Virus record (IMG/VR): IMGVR_UViG_3300020220_003261
Source: a virus
Strand: one strand, 5' to 3'
Length of the DNA: 64,000 nt
Shown here in pieces: positions 53,629-62,883 of this stretch. The position numbers were made by a program, and so were the translations under genes. How positions within the stretch are numbered: position 1 is the stretch's first letter; every line of letters begins with the position of its first letter. The notes under the pieces are model-generated. The model was not told the origin of the DNA. It saw only the letters and a program-made list of their open reading frames with translations, and ran no database searches.

Positions 53629-55752
53629 ATGAGTTTTTTAGACAGTAATATATCAGAACATTTAACGGCTAGATTGACCCAAAAGGGAAGAAACGCAATT
53701 TCAAAAGGAAACTTTAATATAACAAATTTTGTAATTGGTGATTCGGAATTTGATTATAGAGACCCATTTTCTGGTTTAACGACTTCCACAACTCATCAGA
53801 AAGTATTTGCACCATTTGATAAGAACTCACAAGTTAAATATCCCATTAAATTCAGTGGAGTTGATTTGAGTGGAACCACAATATACGGTGTTCCAATTCA
53901 AGCTTCTGAAACTGAAACATTAAGAAATGTGATGGGACCAGCTGGATTTGTTTCAGATTACAAACCTTTTAATTTATCTTCTGAAACTGGAACTACAATT
54001 GGTTGTATTTCAGGAATAGTAGATTTATCCTCAATAAGTGGAACAACATTAATTACTGCAAAAAAACCAAGTAGTGGTGTTACATACACAAATTGTGACA
54101 CCATAACAATATCTTTCAATAATTTATATAGTGGATCAACAGGTGATTATTTTGTTACTGGTGACACACATAGTTTAGTATACAAAGTTATATCTGTAAC
54201 AACAGGTTTGACATCTGATGTGATTACATTAGACAGAAATACTCCTGATTTATCTTCATTATCAGGAAAAGCTGCAATAATTTGTAATAGGTGTGAAATG
54301 GAATTTGAGACTGTTAGTGACGTTGATAATACGTGTATCCCTCAATTACCTGAAACAACCGAACAACAAAATCCATGGAAACTTAATTTAGTTTGGGATC
54401 AGAAACCAATAGGAATGCAGTCAAGTGATAGAGCGTTACAATTTTATAAAGGTAATAGACACACATCAACTAAAGAGTTGTTAGGTTATACAACAAATTC
54501 TGGTCAAACATTTACAAATTATACAGGAGGAACAATTACAGGTACTTCATATGTTAATGCATCGGGAACAGAAGTTTTAGTGAAAGCCAGTGAACAAAGA
54601 TGTGTTGCAATCATACATTTTTCAGAATTGGGTGATATAACAAATTATCCTGAAAGATTTTTTAAGTATGATGACTACATTAGTAGTTTAACAGGAACAA
54701 CTGATACAGTTGCAACGGATATAACAGGCGGAACAATAAGTGATTTAGATTATTTTGAAGTTTATATTCCATTCTTACTTTATCATAGATCGACAGGATC
54801 AACAATAGGTGAAGTATTTCATATGGATTCAGGTAATGTAAAATATATTAAATCATCCGTCAATGGAAAGTATATATTAAAATATAAAGATTTACTTGAT
54901 AGTCTGAATAAAAAAGTTGGTAAAGTATTTGTTGATTTAAAAACAATTGTTTTTGATGATCAAGAAATTGTGGCAGCCTTAGATTATAGATCAAATAGAC
55001 ATCATACATTACCAGCACCAAAAGTCGGGTTAGCCAATTCAGACACATCAGCATCAACATCAATTTTATCAGGTGCCACCAATCAAGTTGTTTGGGTAAC
55101 CTATTCATTAGATTATAGTTCAGATGCGTCAATTAATAGTTTACCATGTAATTATTTTGTATCAGTAACAGGGTCATCTACCCCAAGCAATGTTACGGTC
55201 AAATTCGAGGACACAAATTCATTTTCAAAACTTTCAACATCTTTATCAGACATAAAAGACTCATTTGTTGCTAATAAATTTCACATATATGTTCAAACAG
55301 GGACAACAAGTAATTCGACACCGAGTTCGGATGATTGGATAAAAATGGATTTTACAACTGAGGCCGGGGGATCAGGATTAACAACACTTACGGGAAAAAC
55401 ATTTACAATAAGTTATAATTCATACACTGGAGGAACATTATTTAATTTAGGAACACATTTAGATAACACAACACTAACAGGAACAACAGGATCTTATTTT
55501 GGTGATGACCAATATTTTCCTGGTAGTATAAAATTAGTTAGGGCTTCAGATATTGAAGTTTTGAATTTCTTAGTTAATCTACCAAGTGGTAAATTTACAA
55601 CGTCACAAAATCCAACATGGAAGTTTGGAAATCCAAAAATTACAGAAGTTGCTTTATTAGATTCTAATAAGGAACCGTTAATAGTTGCTAAAACTGCAAA
55701 ACCAATTACAAGAACGGGAACACAAGTTTTTTCTATCAAGTTGGATTTCTAA
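53629..55752 (+). CDS. Baseplate wedge/tail-collar protein (gp8 or DUF3751-like fold with a large insertion)
   Basis: N-terminal LTQKGR..I..GNF.IT.F.IGDSE.DY and C-terminal ITEVALLD....L.VAK...P; TATTTAT at 53617-53623. Confidence 0.6.
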   Translation: MSFLDSNISEHLTARLTQKGRNAISKGNFNITNFVIGDSEFDYRDPFSGLTTSTTHQKVFAPFDKNSQVKYPIKFSGVDLSGTTIYGVPIQASETETLRNVMGPAGFVSDYKPFNLSSETGTTIGCISGIVDLSSISGTTLITAKKPSSGVTYTNCDTITISFNNLYSGSTGDYFVTGDTHSLVYKVISVTTGLTSDVITLDRNTPDLSSLSGKAAIICNRCEMEFETVSDVDNTCIPQLPETTEQQNPWKLNLVWDQKPIGMQSSDRALQFYKGNRHTSTKELLGYTTNSGQTFTNYTGGTITGTSYVNASGTEVLVKASEQRCVAIIHFSELGDITNYPERFFKYDDYISSLTGTTDTVATDITGGTISDLDYFEVYIPFLLYHRSTGSTIGEVFHMDSGNVKYIKSSVNGKYILKYKDLLDSLNKKVGKVFVDLKTIVFDDQEIVAALDYRSNRHHTLPAPKVGLANSDTSASTSILSGATNQVVWVTYSLDYSSDASINSLPCNYFVSVTGSSTPSNVTVKFEDTNSFSKLSTSLSDIKDSFVANKFHIYVQTGTTSNSTPSSDDWIKMDFTTEAGGSGLTTLTGKTFTISYNSYTGGTLFNLGTHLDNTTLTGTTGSYFGDDQYFPGSIKLVRASDIEVLNFLVNLPSGKFTTSQNPTWKFGNPKITEVALLDSNKEPLIVAKTAKPITRTGTQVFSIKLDF

Positions 55753-55790
55753 GCTTTACAATACAACTTATATTATTTATATATTATTAT

Positions 55791-56402
55791 ATGGATCATA
55801 AATTAAAAAATAAGCCTAAAATATTGGGTTTAGATATATCTACAAAAACAATTGGTTGGGCATTATTTGATATAACAGGTTCTAAACTTTTGGAATTGAC
55901 ACACTTTAGTCCAAAGATAAAACCACAACCAGAAGATAAACTAGAGGAACTAATAAAAAAAGCAGATGCTTTTAAAAAACATGTTGATGTTTACAAAGAC
56001 ATGGGAATTGTTAGAGTTATTATTGAGGAACCATTATTAAATTCAAATAATATCTATACTGTTGGAACACTTTTAAGATATAATACAATGGTTTGTAAAT
56101 GTATTTATGATACATTAGGTATTGTTCCAACTTTTATTTCTACATATAATGCTAGAAAATTTGCATTTCCAAGCTTAGTGGGACCAAATGATAAAGGAAG
56201 AAATGTTTTATTTGGTGGTTATCCAAAAGATATCGATAAAAAACAAGTCATATGGGATCATGTTAATTCTGTTTGTCCAGAGGTAAAATGGTTATACGGA
56301 AATAAAGGGGGGTTGAAAAAAGAAAATTTTGATATGGCTGATGCAGCATGTGCCGTTATAGGATACATCAACATGATTAAATTAGAAAAAACCGGCAACT
56401 AA
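55791..56402 (+). CDS. RuvC-like Holliday junction resolvase
   Basis: ILGLDISTKTIGWA, IIEEP, FDMADA acidic tetrad. Confidence 0.85.
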   Translation: MDHKLKNKPKILGLDISTKTIGWALFDITGSKLLELTHFSPKIKPQPEDKLEELIKKADAFKKHVDVYKDMGIVRVIIEEPLLNSNNIYTVGTLLRYNTMVCKCIYDTLGIVPTFISTYNARKFAFPSLVGPNDKGRNVLFGGYPKDIDKKQVIWDHVNSVCPEVKWLYGNKGGLKKENFDMADAACAVIGYINMIKLEKTGN

Positions 56403-56405
56403 TAT

Positions 56406-56436
56406 TTTACATTATTATATTTCGAGTTTATATTTA
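56406..56436 (+). promoter_or_regulatory. Host-type promoter TTTACA-N17-TATATT(TA), overlapping a TATTTAT motif
   Basis: Third copy of this spacing; points at the GC-rich 56442-56511 element. Confidence 0.55.
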
Positions 56437-56441
56437 TTTAT

Positions 56442-56511
56442 AGGACGGGACGTGTAGAAATATACGTTTGGTTGGTGTTCCCCCGGTTTGGTGTACCGGG
56501 GGATTTTTTTT
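56442..56511 (+). ncRNA. Candidate small structured RNA or attenuator leader
   Basis: GC-rich island with a GAAA-capped stem (ggacgtgta-gaaa-tatacgttt) and a terminator, directly downstream of a promoter motif. Confidence 0.45.
56479..56511 (+). terminator. Strong intrinsic terminator
   Basis: tcccccggt-ttggtgt-accggggga perfect 9-bp stem plus 8 T. Confidence 0.9.
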
Positions 56512-56538
56512 ATCCTTAATTTTTATTATATTTCACAT

Positions 56539-57477
56539 ATGTCATTTAATGCAGATTACGAACCTATAGTTGAGATATTGGAGGATATATTTGGATTACC
56601 TAAATTACATAACGATAATAAAGGTCAAATATCTTTTGATTGCCCTGTTTGTTCATATGAGATTAAGGGGCTTGACAATGGAGATGGTAAAGGTAATTTA
56701 GAAATAAATTATAAATACAAAGTTTATAAGTGTTGGTCATGTGCGGAATCACATGAAACTCATGGATCCATTTTTAAGCTTGTAAAAAAGTATGGAACAC
56801 CAAAACAGAACAAAAAGTTTTTATTACTACTACCTGAAGAAAATGAGGAAGTCAAAAGAGTGCATAAACAAGTTAGATTACCTAAAGAATATATGTCATT
56901 TGATAATATATCATCAGGTATGAAACTAACTTCATTTTTTAAACAGGCTTGGAATTATATAAAGAAAAGAAACATCACAGATTCAATAATAAAAAAATAT
57001 AAAATTGGATTTTGTTATCAAGGACCGTATGAAAATAGAATTATTATTCCTTCTTATGATAAAAATGGTTATCTTAATTATTTTGTAGCAAGATCTTACT
57101 TAACAAAAACTAAATTTAAATATAAAAACCCCGAGGTTCAAAAAGAAATAATAATATTTAATGAAAATTTAATTAATTGGGATGAAAGAATATATATTGT
57201 TGAGGGTGCTTTCGATAGTATTTTCCTTCATAATTCTATACCTATGTTAGGAAAATATATGTCAGATTTTTTATTTAAAACAATTTATGAAAATGCAAAA
57301 AATGATATTGTGATTATATTAGATCCTGATGCGTGGTCTGATTGTGAAAAATTATATCATAAATTAAATTGTGGAAAATTGATGGGCAAAGTTTTTGTTG
57401 TTAAATTAGAAGGAAATGAAGATATCGCAGATCTTAAAGGTGACATAAGTAATTATAAAATAAAACAATTAGATTAA
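56539..57477 (+). CDS. dnaG: DNA primase (Zn finger plus TOPRIM)
   Basis: FDCPVC..CWSC, RIIIPSYD, KYKN, IVEGAFD, LDPDA. ATG 56539 preferred; the track's TTG 56488 lies inside the terminator loop. Confidence 0.9.
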   Translation: MSFNADYEPIVEILEDIFGLPKLHNDNKGQISFDCPVCSYEIKGLDNGDGKGNLEINYKYKVYKCWSCAESHETHGSIFKLVKKYGTPKQNKKFLLLLPEENEEVKRVHKQVRLPKEYMSFDNISSGMKLTSFFKQAWNYIKKRNITDSIIKKYKIGFCYQGPYENRIIIPSYDKNGYLNYFVARSYLTKTKFKYKNPEVQKEIIIFNENLINWDERIYIVEGAFDSIFLHNSIPMLGKYMSDFLFKTIYENAKNDIVIILDPDAWSDCEKLYHKLNCGKLMGKVFVVKLEGNEDIADLKGDISNYKIKQLD

Positions 57478-58358
57478 TGAATTTAAAAGATATTTCTAAA
57501 GAAATTAATGAACTATTAGAACAAAGAAGAAAAGAACTTGATATATCATTTGTTGAAGAAGAACACATTTATTATATGAGAGATACTGAAGGTGTGTTAA
57601 GAAAAACATTTCCTTCAGTATCTAAACTTGTAAAAAAGTTTCATAAATCATTTGATGCCGAAGGAAAGTCTCTTGAAATGTCTAACGGTGATCCCATTGC
57701 TGCCGCTGAACTTCAGGAACAATGGAAAAAAGCTGGAAGTTATGCTACTAATTTAGGAAGTAGAGTTCACTACAAATTAGAAATAGAGGCACTTGCGAGA
57801 AATGGTAACTATAAAGATGTTAGACAACCAATATTTGAATGTGATCAAACACAGATGGATAAAAGTGAAAAAATGATACTTGCTGGATTAAATTTTTTAA
57901 AATTAATGGAAGAAAGAGGTGCTATCTTGTTAGATACCGAAATAATTCTTGGTGATAATGAATTAGGTTATACCGGTCAACCAGATAAATGTTGGTTAAT
58001 GTTAAACAAAGAAAAAAATGATATCGGTTTAGTTATTACAGATTGGAAAACAAACCAACCAAAAAATTTCGAGGTTCATCATTACACTGGTAAAATGTAT
58101 TCACCATTTCAAGAATATCGTGATACATCTTTAAGTCATTATTATTTACAACTACCTTTTTACGGAAGATTATTGATGAAAATGTTGAAAGGGACTAAAT
58201 ACGAAAACTTGAAATTACTAGGTTGTGTTGTTGTTCTATTGAAAGATGACGGTTCTTTTCAGGAATATAAAGTCCCATCAGATGTAATATACAGAGTAAT
58301 GGAATTAGATTTATCAAAATATATTAATTATGGTAAAAAAACTTATACATATCGCTGA
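57477..58358 (+). CDS. PD-(D/E)XK exonuclease (RecB/Cas4-like fold)
   Basis: LGSRVH, TGQPD, ITDWKT, YYLQL.FY. Confidence 0.85.
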   Translation: MNLKDISKEINELLEQRRKELDISFVEEEHIYYMRDTEGVLRKTFPSVSKLVKKFHKSFDAEGKSLEMSNGDPIAAAELQEQWKKAGSYATNLGSRVHYKLEIEALARNGNYKDVRQPIFECDQTQMDKSEKMILAGLNFLKLMEERGAILLDTEIILGDNELGYTGQPDKCWLMLNKEKNDIGLVITDWKTNQPKNFEVHHYTGKMYSPFQEYRDTSLSHYYLQLPFYGRLLMKMLKGTKYENLKLLGCVVVLLKDDGSFQEYKVPSDVIYRVMELDLSKYINYGKKTYTYR

Positions 58359-59136
58359 TATTCATATCAGAACATTTCAGTTACATGATTTATATAGAAA
58401 TCAATTTGAAATCCTTATTCAAAATTTAAAAAAAGAAACAAAAGAATACAATTATGAAGAAATAAGAGTTGTAATTGTCGGAGATATTGCGCATCAAAAA
58501 ATTAATATATCCAATGAACAAATGATGTTAACATCTTGGTTCATAACACAAATTATAGTTCACATTGGAAAAGTTGTTATAATACCAGGCAATCATGATT
58601 TTTTGGAAAACAATACTCAAAGAATAGATAGTATTACACCAATCGTTGAATTATTAAATCGTGAAGAAATACAATATTATAAAGATAGTGGTGTATATGA
58701 AGATGAAAATATAAATTGGGTAGTGTATTCTTTATATCAACATAATCAAAGACCAGATTTCAAAAAAGAAGAGGATAAATTATACGTTGGTTTATTTCAC
58801 GGAGTAATTCAGGGGATGTCAACTGATATCGGATTTCAATTTGAAGATGGTTATAATAAATTAAATTTTGTTGATTTAGATTTGCTATTATGTGGGGATA
58901 TTCACAAAAGACAACAATTTGAACTACCAAATGGAGGTAAAGGGGTTATGGTAGGATCATTAATTCAACAAAATTTTGGTGAAACGGTAAAACATCATGG
59001 ATATGGTATTTACAATATTGAAACTGACGAATATAAATTTCATGATTTAGAAAACTTGCAACCTTTTCTACATTTTTCAATTAATGATATTACAGATATA
59101 GAAAATGAAAAAGAAAAACTACTTAATGTTGGATGA
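58330..59136 (+). CDS. sbcD: Mre11/SbcD/gp47-like metallophosphoesterase nuclease (short, 268 aa)
   Basis: HIADIH, VGDIAH, PGNHD, LFHG, GDIHK, GSLIQQNFGE. Confidence 0.9.
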   Translation: MVKKLIHIADIHIRTFQLHDLYRNQFEILIQNLKKETKEYNYEEIRVVIVGDIAHQKINISNEQMMLTSWFITQIIVHIGKVVIIPGNHDFLENNTQRIDSITPIVELLNREEIQYYKDSGVYEDENINWVVYSLYQHNQRPDFKKEEDKLYVGLFHGVIQGMSTDIGFQFEDGYNKLNFVDLDLLLCGDIHKRQQFELPNGGKGVMVGSLIQQNFGETVKHHGYGIYNIETDEYKFHDLENLQPFLHFSINDITDIENEKEKLLNVG

Positions 59137-59596
59137 TGAATTTATTTTATATTGTCAATTAAATAAAATTGATGATGTAGAAAAATTGGCAAAAGAAACT
59201 TTTGATAGAGGATTTTCGTTGTTAAAATATCCTGAAACACCTATTGGGGTCAGGAATGAAAAAATAATAGAAAAGGAAATAATAAAAGAAATTCCTATTG
59301 AAAAAATTGTAGAAGTAGAAAAAATAATTTATAAAGATAAAATAGTTGAAATACCAGTAGAAGTTGTAAAAGAAGTTCCTATTGAAGTTAAGGGTAAAAC
59401 AAAAGTAATAACTAAAGAAATTGTAAAAGAAGTTCCTGTTGAAAAAATTATAATTGATACCGAAGAAGTTGATAAGTTAAAAAAGATAAATAAAGAACTT
59501 ACCGAAGAATTAGAAAATATAAAATCATCACTTAATAAATTTAATAAGGGTAAGTTTCTTAAGAACAGTGATCTTGGTAGTTTATATTCAGAATAA
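59105..59596 (+). CDS. Hypothetical protein with EKIVEV/KEVP repeats
   Basis: KEIPIEKIVEVEKIIYKDKIVEIPVEVVKEVPIEV..KEIVKEVPVEKII followed by a coiled coil. Confidence 0.65.
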   Translation: MKKKNYLMLDDEFILYCQLNKIDDVEKLAKETFDRGFSLLKYPETPIGVRNEKIIEKEIIKEIPIEKIVEVEKIIYKDKIVEIPVEVVKEVPIEVKGKTKVITKEIVKEVPVEKIIIDTEEVDKLKKINKELTEELENIKSSLNKFNKGKFLKNSDLGSLYSE

Positions 59597-59658
59597 GTAT
59601 CGGCAATACTCTTTTTTTTGTCCCATATTTTGTTTATTATTTATTAAAATATTTTAAT

Positions 59659-59970
59659 ATGAACATATTATTTCTGTGGATTTTTATGGCATATGGAATG
59701 ACATCTGTAATTGTTTGGGGTTCCATATTTGAAAAACAAAGAGAATGGGTAAAAAATAACTCTAAATTTTTTGGTGATCTTATTAGTTGCACATTATGTA
59801 CAGCAACATGGGTTGGTTTTTTTATCTCATTAATTTTAGGAGGACTTTCAGAATCTTTATTAGGTGTTAATTGGATTTTATCTATTTTTTTTGATGGAAT
59901 GTTTACCGCTGGTTCAGTTTGGGCTTTAAATGCAATAATCGAGTTCTTTGAAGAGAGTAGATTAAAATAA
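59659..59970 (+). CDS. Small membrane protein with CxxC (DUF1360-like)
   Basis: Three hydrophobic stretches; GDLISCTLCTATWVG. Confidence 0.65.
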   Translation: MNILFLWIFMAYGMTSVIVWGSIFEKQREWVKNNSKFFGDLISCTLCTATWVGFFISLILGGLSESLLGVNWILSIFFDGMFTAGSVWALNAIIEFFEESRLK

Positions 59971-59974
59971 AATT

Positions 59975-60508
59975 ATGCCATTTTTAAAAAACACAAGTTT
60001 TGATGACACACTTGTTAGAAAAGCCGTTATAAAATTTTTTGAAGAAAATTTTAATACGTTACTAAAAGAAACACCGCAAGAAATGAAATTAATTGACTTG
60101 ACAGGTGTAACTGAAACCAAATTAGGAGTCGAAGTCGAAAGAGGAGGTTGGACAAATTGTTTTTGGAATAACGAAAAATATTCTTTAATATCTAAACTCG
60201 GATTTAAAACCATAAACATTCCAATGAGAAAACAAAAATATTGGCTTGACGAATATTATTATTATGGTAAATTAAAAATAAATCCATCTTCAAAAGACAA
60301 TATATTTGTTAGAACAAATAAAGATTTTACACAAATTATTGTAATTAGACCCGAAACAATCAGAAATGATAAAAAAGTAATTCAAACCGAATTTAAACCA
60401 AACAATAGTGATGAATTTGAAGAGTGGTTATGTTTTAGAAGAGAACATGTCGAAACTTATAATTTAATTGATAATGTTTGGTTTTTAGATGAAAATTATG
60501 AAATATAA
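59975..60508 (+). CDS. Hypothetical protein, possible PD-(D/E)XK-type nuclease
   Basis: IDL......LGVEVE motif; otherwise unrecognised. Confidence 0.45.
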   Translation: MPFLKNTSFDDTLVRKAVIKFFEENFNTLLKETPQEMKLIDLTGVTETKLGVEVERGGWTNCFWNNEKYSLISKLGFKTINIPMRKQKYWLDEYYYYGKLKINPSSKDNIFVRTNKDFTQIIVIRPETIRNDKKVIQTEFKPNNSDEFEEWLCFRREHVETYNLIDNVWFLDENYEI

Positions 60509-62840
60509 TAATCCGTTTATTAAAGTTACTTGGGAAGACAACCCTGAAAATTTTACATCTGAAAAAATTAAAAGAGTAAAGGCGTATTTTCAAGACAAGT
60601 ATAAAACTAAAAATATACAAGTCATTACAAAAAGTCTTGCCAATAATACAGATATTAAATTAGATTCTTTAGAGGCTTCCGATAGTATACTTGATCATCA
60701 TTACCAAAAAAAATTGATGAAAGATTTTATCAACGAAAATGATATTAGAACTAAGTGGGATTTAGTAGACAGGTTGGATAATAAAGTTAATATTCAATTT
60801 GATAAGATTAATCAAAATAAAATTCGTTATAACAAGTGGTATATAAAGAAAGTTGAGTTTTCTAATTTTTTATCTTTCGGAGATAATAATATAATCAATT
60901 TTATAGATTTAGAGGGTATAACAGTAATAGAATCAATCCCTAAAAACTTTGGTGGTAAATCAACATGCTCTGTGGACCTTCTTATGTTTTTATTTTTCAA
61001 TACAACAACTAAAACAAAAACTGCCATAGAAATATTCAATAAGTTTACTGATAAGGATGAAGTTGTTGTTAAAGGTGATATTACAATAGATGGTGACGAT
61101 TATGTTATAGAAAGAAAGTTATCGAGAAAAAAAACAAAATATGGTGAATATAATGTAACAAACAGGTTAGAGTTCTATAGAAAAAATGAAGATGGAACAA
61201 TTCAAAATTTGACTGGTGAACAAAGAAGAGTTACAGAGACTTTTATATCTTCTGCAATTGGATCAGAAGAAGATTTCTTGACAACTATTATGACAACAGG
61301 AAATAATTTAGAACAATTAATAGAATCCAAACCAACAGCAAGAGGACAAATTTTAGTAAAATTTTTGGGTTTAGAAAATTTAAAAACAAAAGAAGAAATT
61401 GCAAAAGAAATTTATAATGATTGGAGTAAAAATTTGGTTTCAAATACACATAATGTTACACAGCTTGAAATTGATAATGTAAAATTTAAAGACAGTATCA
61501 TAAATTCACAGAACGAAATTGAAAGAATAGAAAGAGATTTAACTAACTTTGAAAATGAACTTAAAAAATTAGAAATAAAAAAAGATAATTTATTGTCTTC
61601 AAAAAATAATGATGTAGATCAAGATCTAATAAAAACAAATCCTACTTTATTAAAAAAAGAAATAGATGAGTTAATTAAACAAAGAGACTTATCAAAAACA
61701 AATGCCGAAAATATAGATGTTAAGGAACCGTCATTATATTACAATGAAGATGATCATGGTAAACTTAAAGAAAAATTGGGTGAATTTTATTCAATTGAGG
61801 TTGCAATAAAATATGAAAGGACAGAAAAGGAAAAGAATTTAAAGCAATTAGAAGAAGGGACTATATGTCCAACGTGTAAAAGATCACTTGAAGATGTAGA
61901 CCATACTGACGAAATTGAAAAAATAAAAAAAGAAATAAAGATTATTGAAAAAGACATTTCCAATAACAAAAAAGAATTTGATAAGATAAAAAATAAATCA
62001 GATAAATTAGAATTATTAAAAATAGAGTTGGAAAATTATGAAAAAAATAAATTAAAGAAGGCAAGGTATGAATTAGAAGTCGATCAAAAACAACTTGAAA
62101 TTGACTCGAAACAAATTAAAATAGACAAATACGAAGACAATAAAAAAAAGTTAGTGGAAAATCAAAAAATAGATGGGGAAATTATTGCGGTTAGAACTAA
62201 AATAGAAACGACTAATGCCAACATCAAACAATCAACCAAGGTAATTGAAAATTACAATTCGAGTATTCTTTTGATGAAACAAAAGGTTGAAATTAACAAT
62301 GAACTAATTAAAAAGATTAGATCTGAAGAAGAACTTAGTTCTATATTCAAAGTTTATCTCACAATTTTTGGTAAGAATGGTATATCTAAGATCATAATGA
62401 AAAATATGATACCATTACTTAACCATGAATTATATAGACTTTTAGTGGATAGTTGTCATTTCATTTTAGAACTAAATGTAAATGATAAAAACGAAGTTGA
62501 ATTTGTAATGATTGATACTGAAACAAGAATTATAAAATCGTTAAATTCAGGTTCAGGATACGAAAGAACAATATCTTCATTGGCATTACGTAGTGTATTA
62601 ACCAAAATTTCTTCATTACCAAAACCAAACATAGTAGTTATGGATGAGGTTTTCGGAAAAATAGCAGATGAAAATTTAGACATGGTAGGTGAGTTTTTCA
62701 AAAAAATCAAAGAATATTTTGAACATATTTTAGTAATTTCTCATAATCCACTTATAAGAAATTGGTCAGATAACATTATCATGATTAAAAAAGAGAGTAA
62801 TATTTCTCATATAGATTATATTACCACAAAAATTTCTTAG
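60489..62840 (+). CDS. sbcC: Rad50/SbcC/gp46-like ATPase with an N-terminal extension
   Basis: VEFSNFLSFG, Walker A NFGGKST, zinc hook CPTC, signature SGSGYE, Walker B VMDEVFG, ISH. Confidence 0.93.
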   Translation: MKIMKYNNPFIKVTWEDNPENFTSEKIKRVKAYFQDKYKTKNIQVITKSLANNTDIKLDSLEASDSILDHHYQKKLMKDFINENDIRTKWDLVDRLDNKVNIQFDKINQNKIRYNKWYIKKVEFSNFLSFGDNNIINFIDLEGITVIESIPKNFGGKSTCSVDLLMFLFFNTTTKTKTAIEIFNKFTDKDEVVVKGDITIDGDDYVIERKLSRKKTKYGEYNVTNRLEFYRKNEDGTIQNLTGEQRRVTETFISSAIGSEEDFLTTIMTTGNNLEQLIESKPTARGQILVKFLGLENLKTKEEIAKEIYNDWSKNLVSNTHNVTQLEIDNVKFKDSIINSQNEIERIERDLTNFENELKKLEIKKDNLLSSKNNDVDQDLIKTNPTLLKKEIDELIKQRDLSKTNAENIDVKEPSLYYNEDDHGKLKEKLGEFYSIEVAIKYERTEKEKNLKQLEEGTICPTCKRSLEDVDHTDEIEKIKKEIKIIEKDISNNKKEFDKIKNKSDKLELLKIELENYEKNKLKKARYELEVDQKQLEIDSKQIKIDKYEDNKKKLVENQKIDGEIIAVRTKIETTNANIKQSTKVIENYNSSILLMKQKVEINNELIKKIRSEEELSSIFKVYLTIFGKNGISKIIMKNMIPLLNHELYRLLVDSCHFILELNVNDKNEVEFVMIDTETRIIKSLNSGSGYERTISSLALRSVLTKISSLPKPNIVVMDEVFGKIADENLDMVGEFFKKIKEYFEHILVISHNPLIRNWSDNIIMIKKESNISHIDYITTKIS

Positions 62841-62883
62841 ATTTAATTTTTTTATCTATATTTGAGATTAAACAATATTAATT

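Noticed and set aside
56442-56511. tRNA
   Set aside because: No cloverleaf, no TTC T-loop, no CCA. No tRNA or rRNA recognised anywhere in the window.
14849-56538. ORF-track upstream starts at 5088, 8911, 14849 and 56488
   Set aside because: They are TTG/GTG codons inside terminators, promoters or the preceding gene; downstream ATGs fit better.
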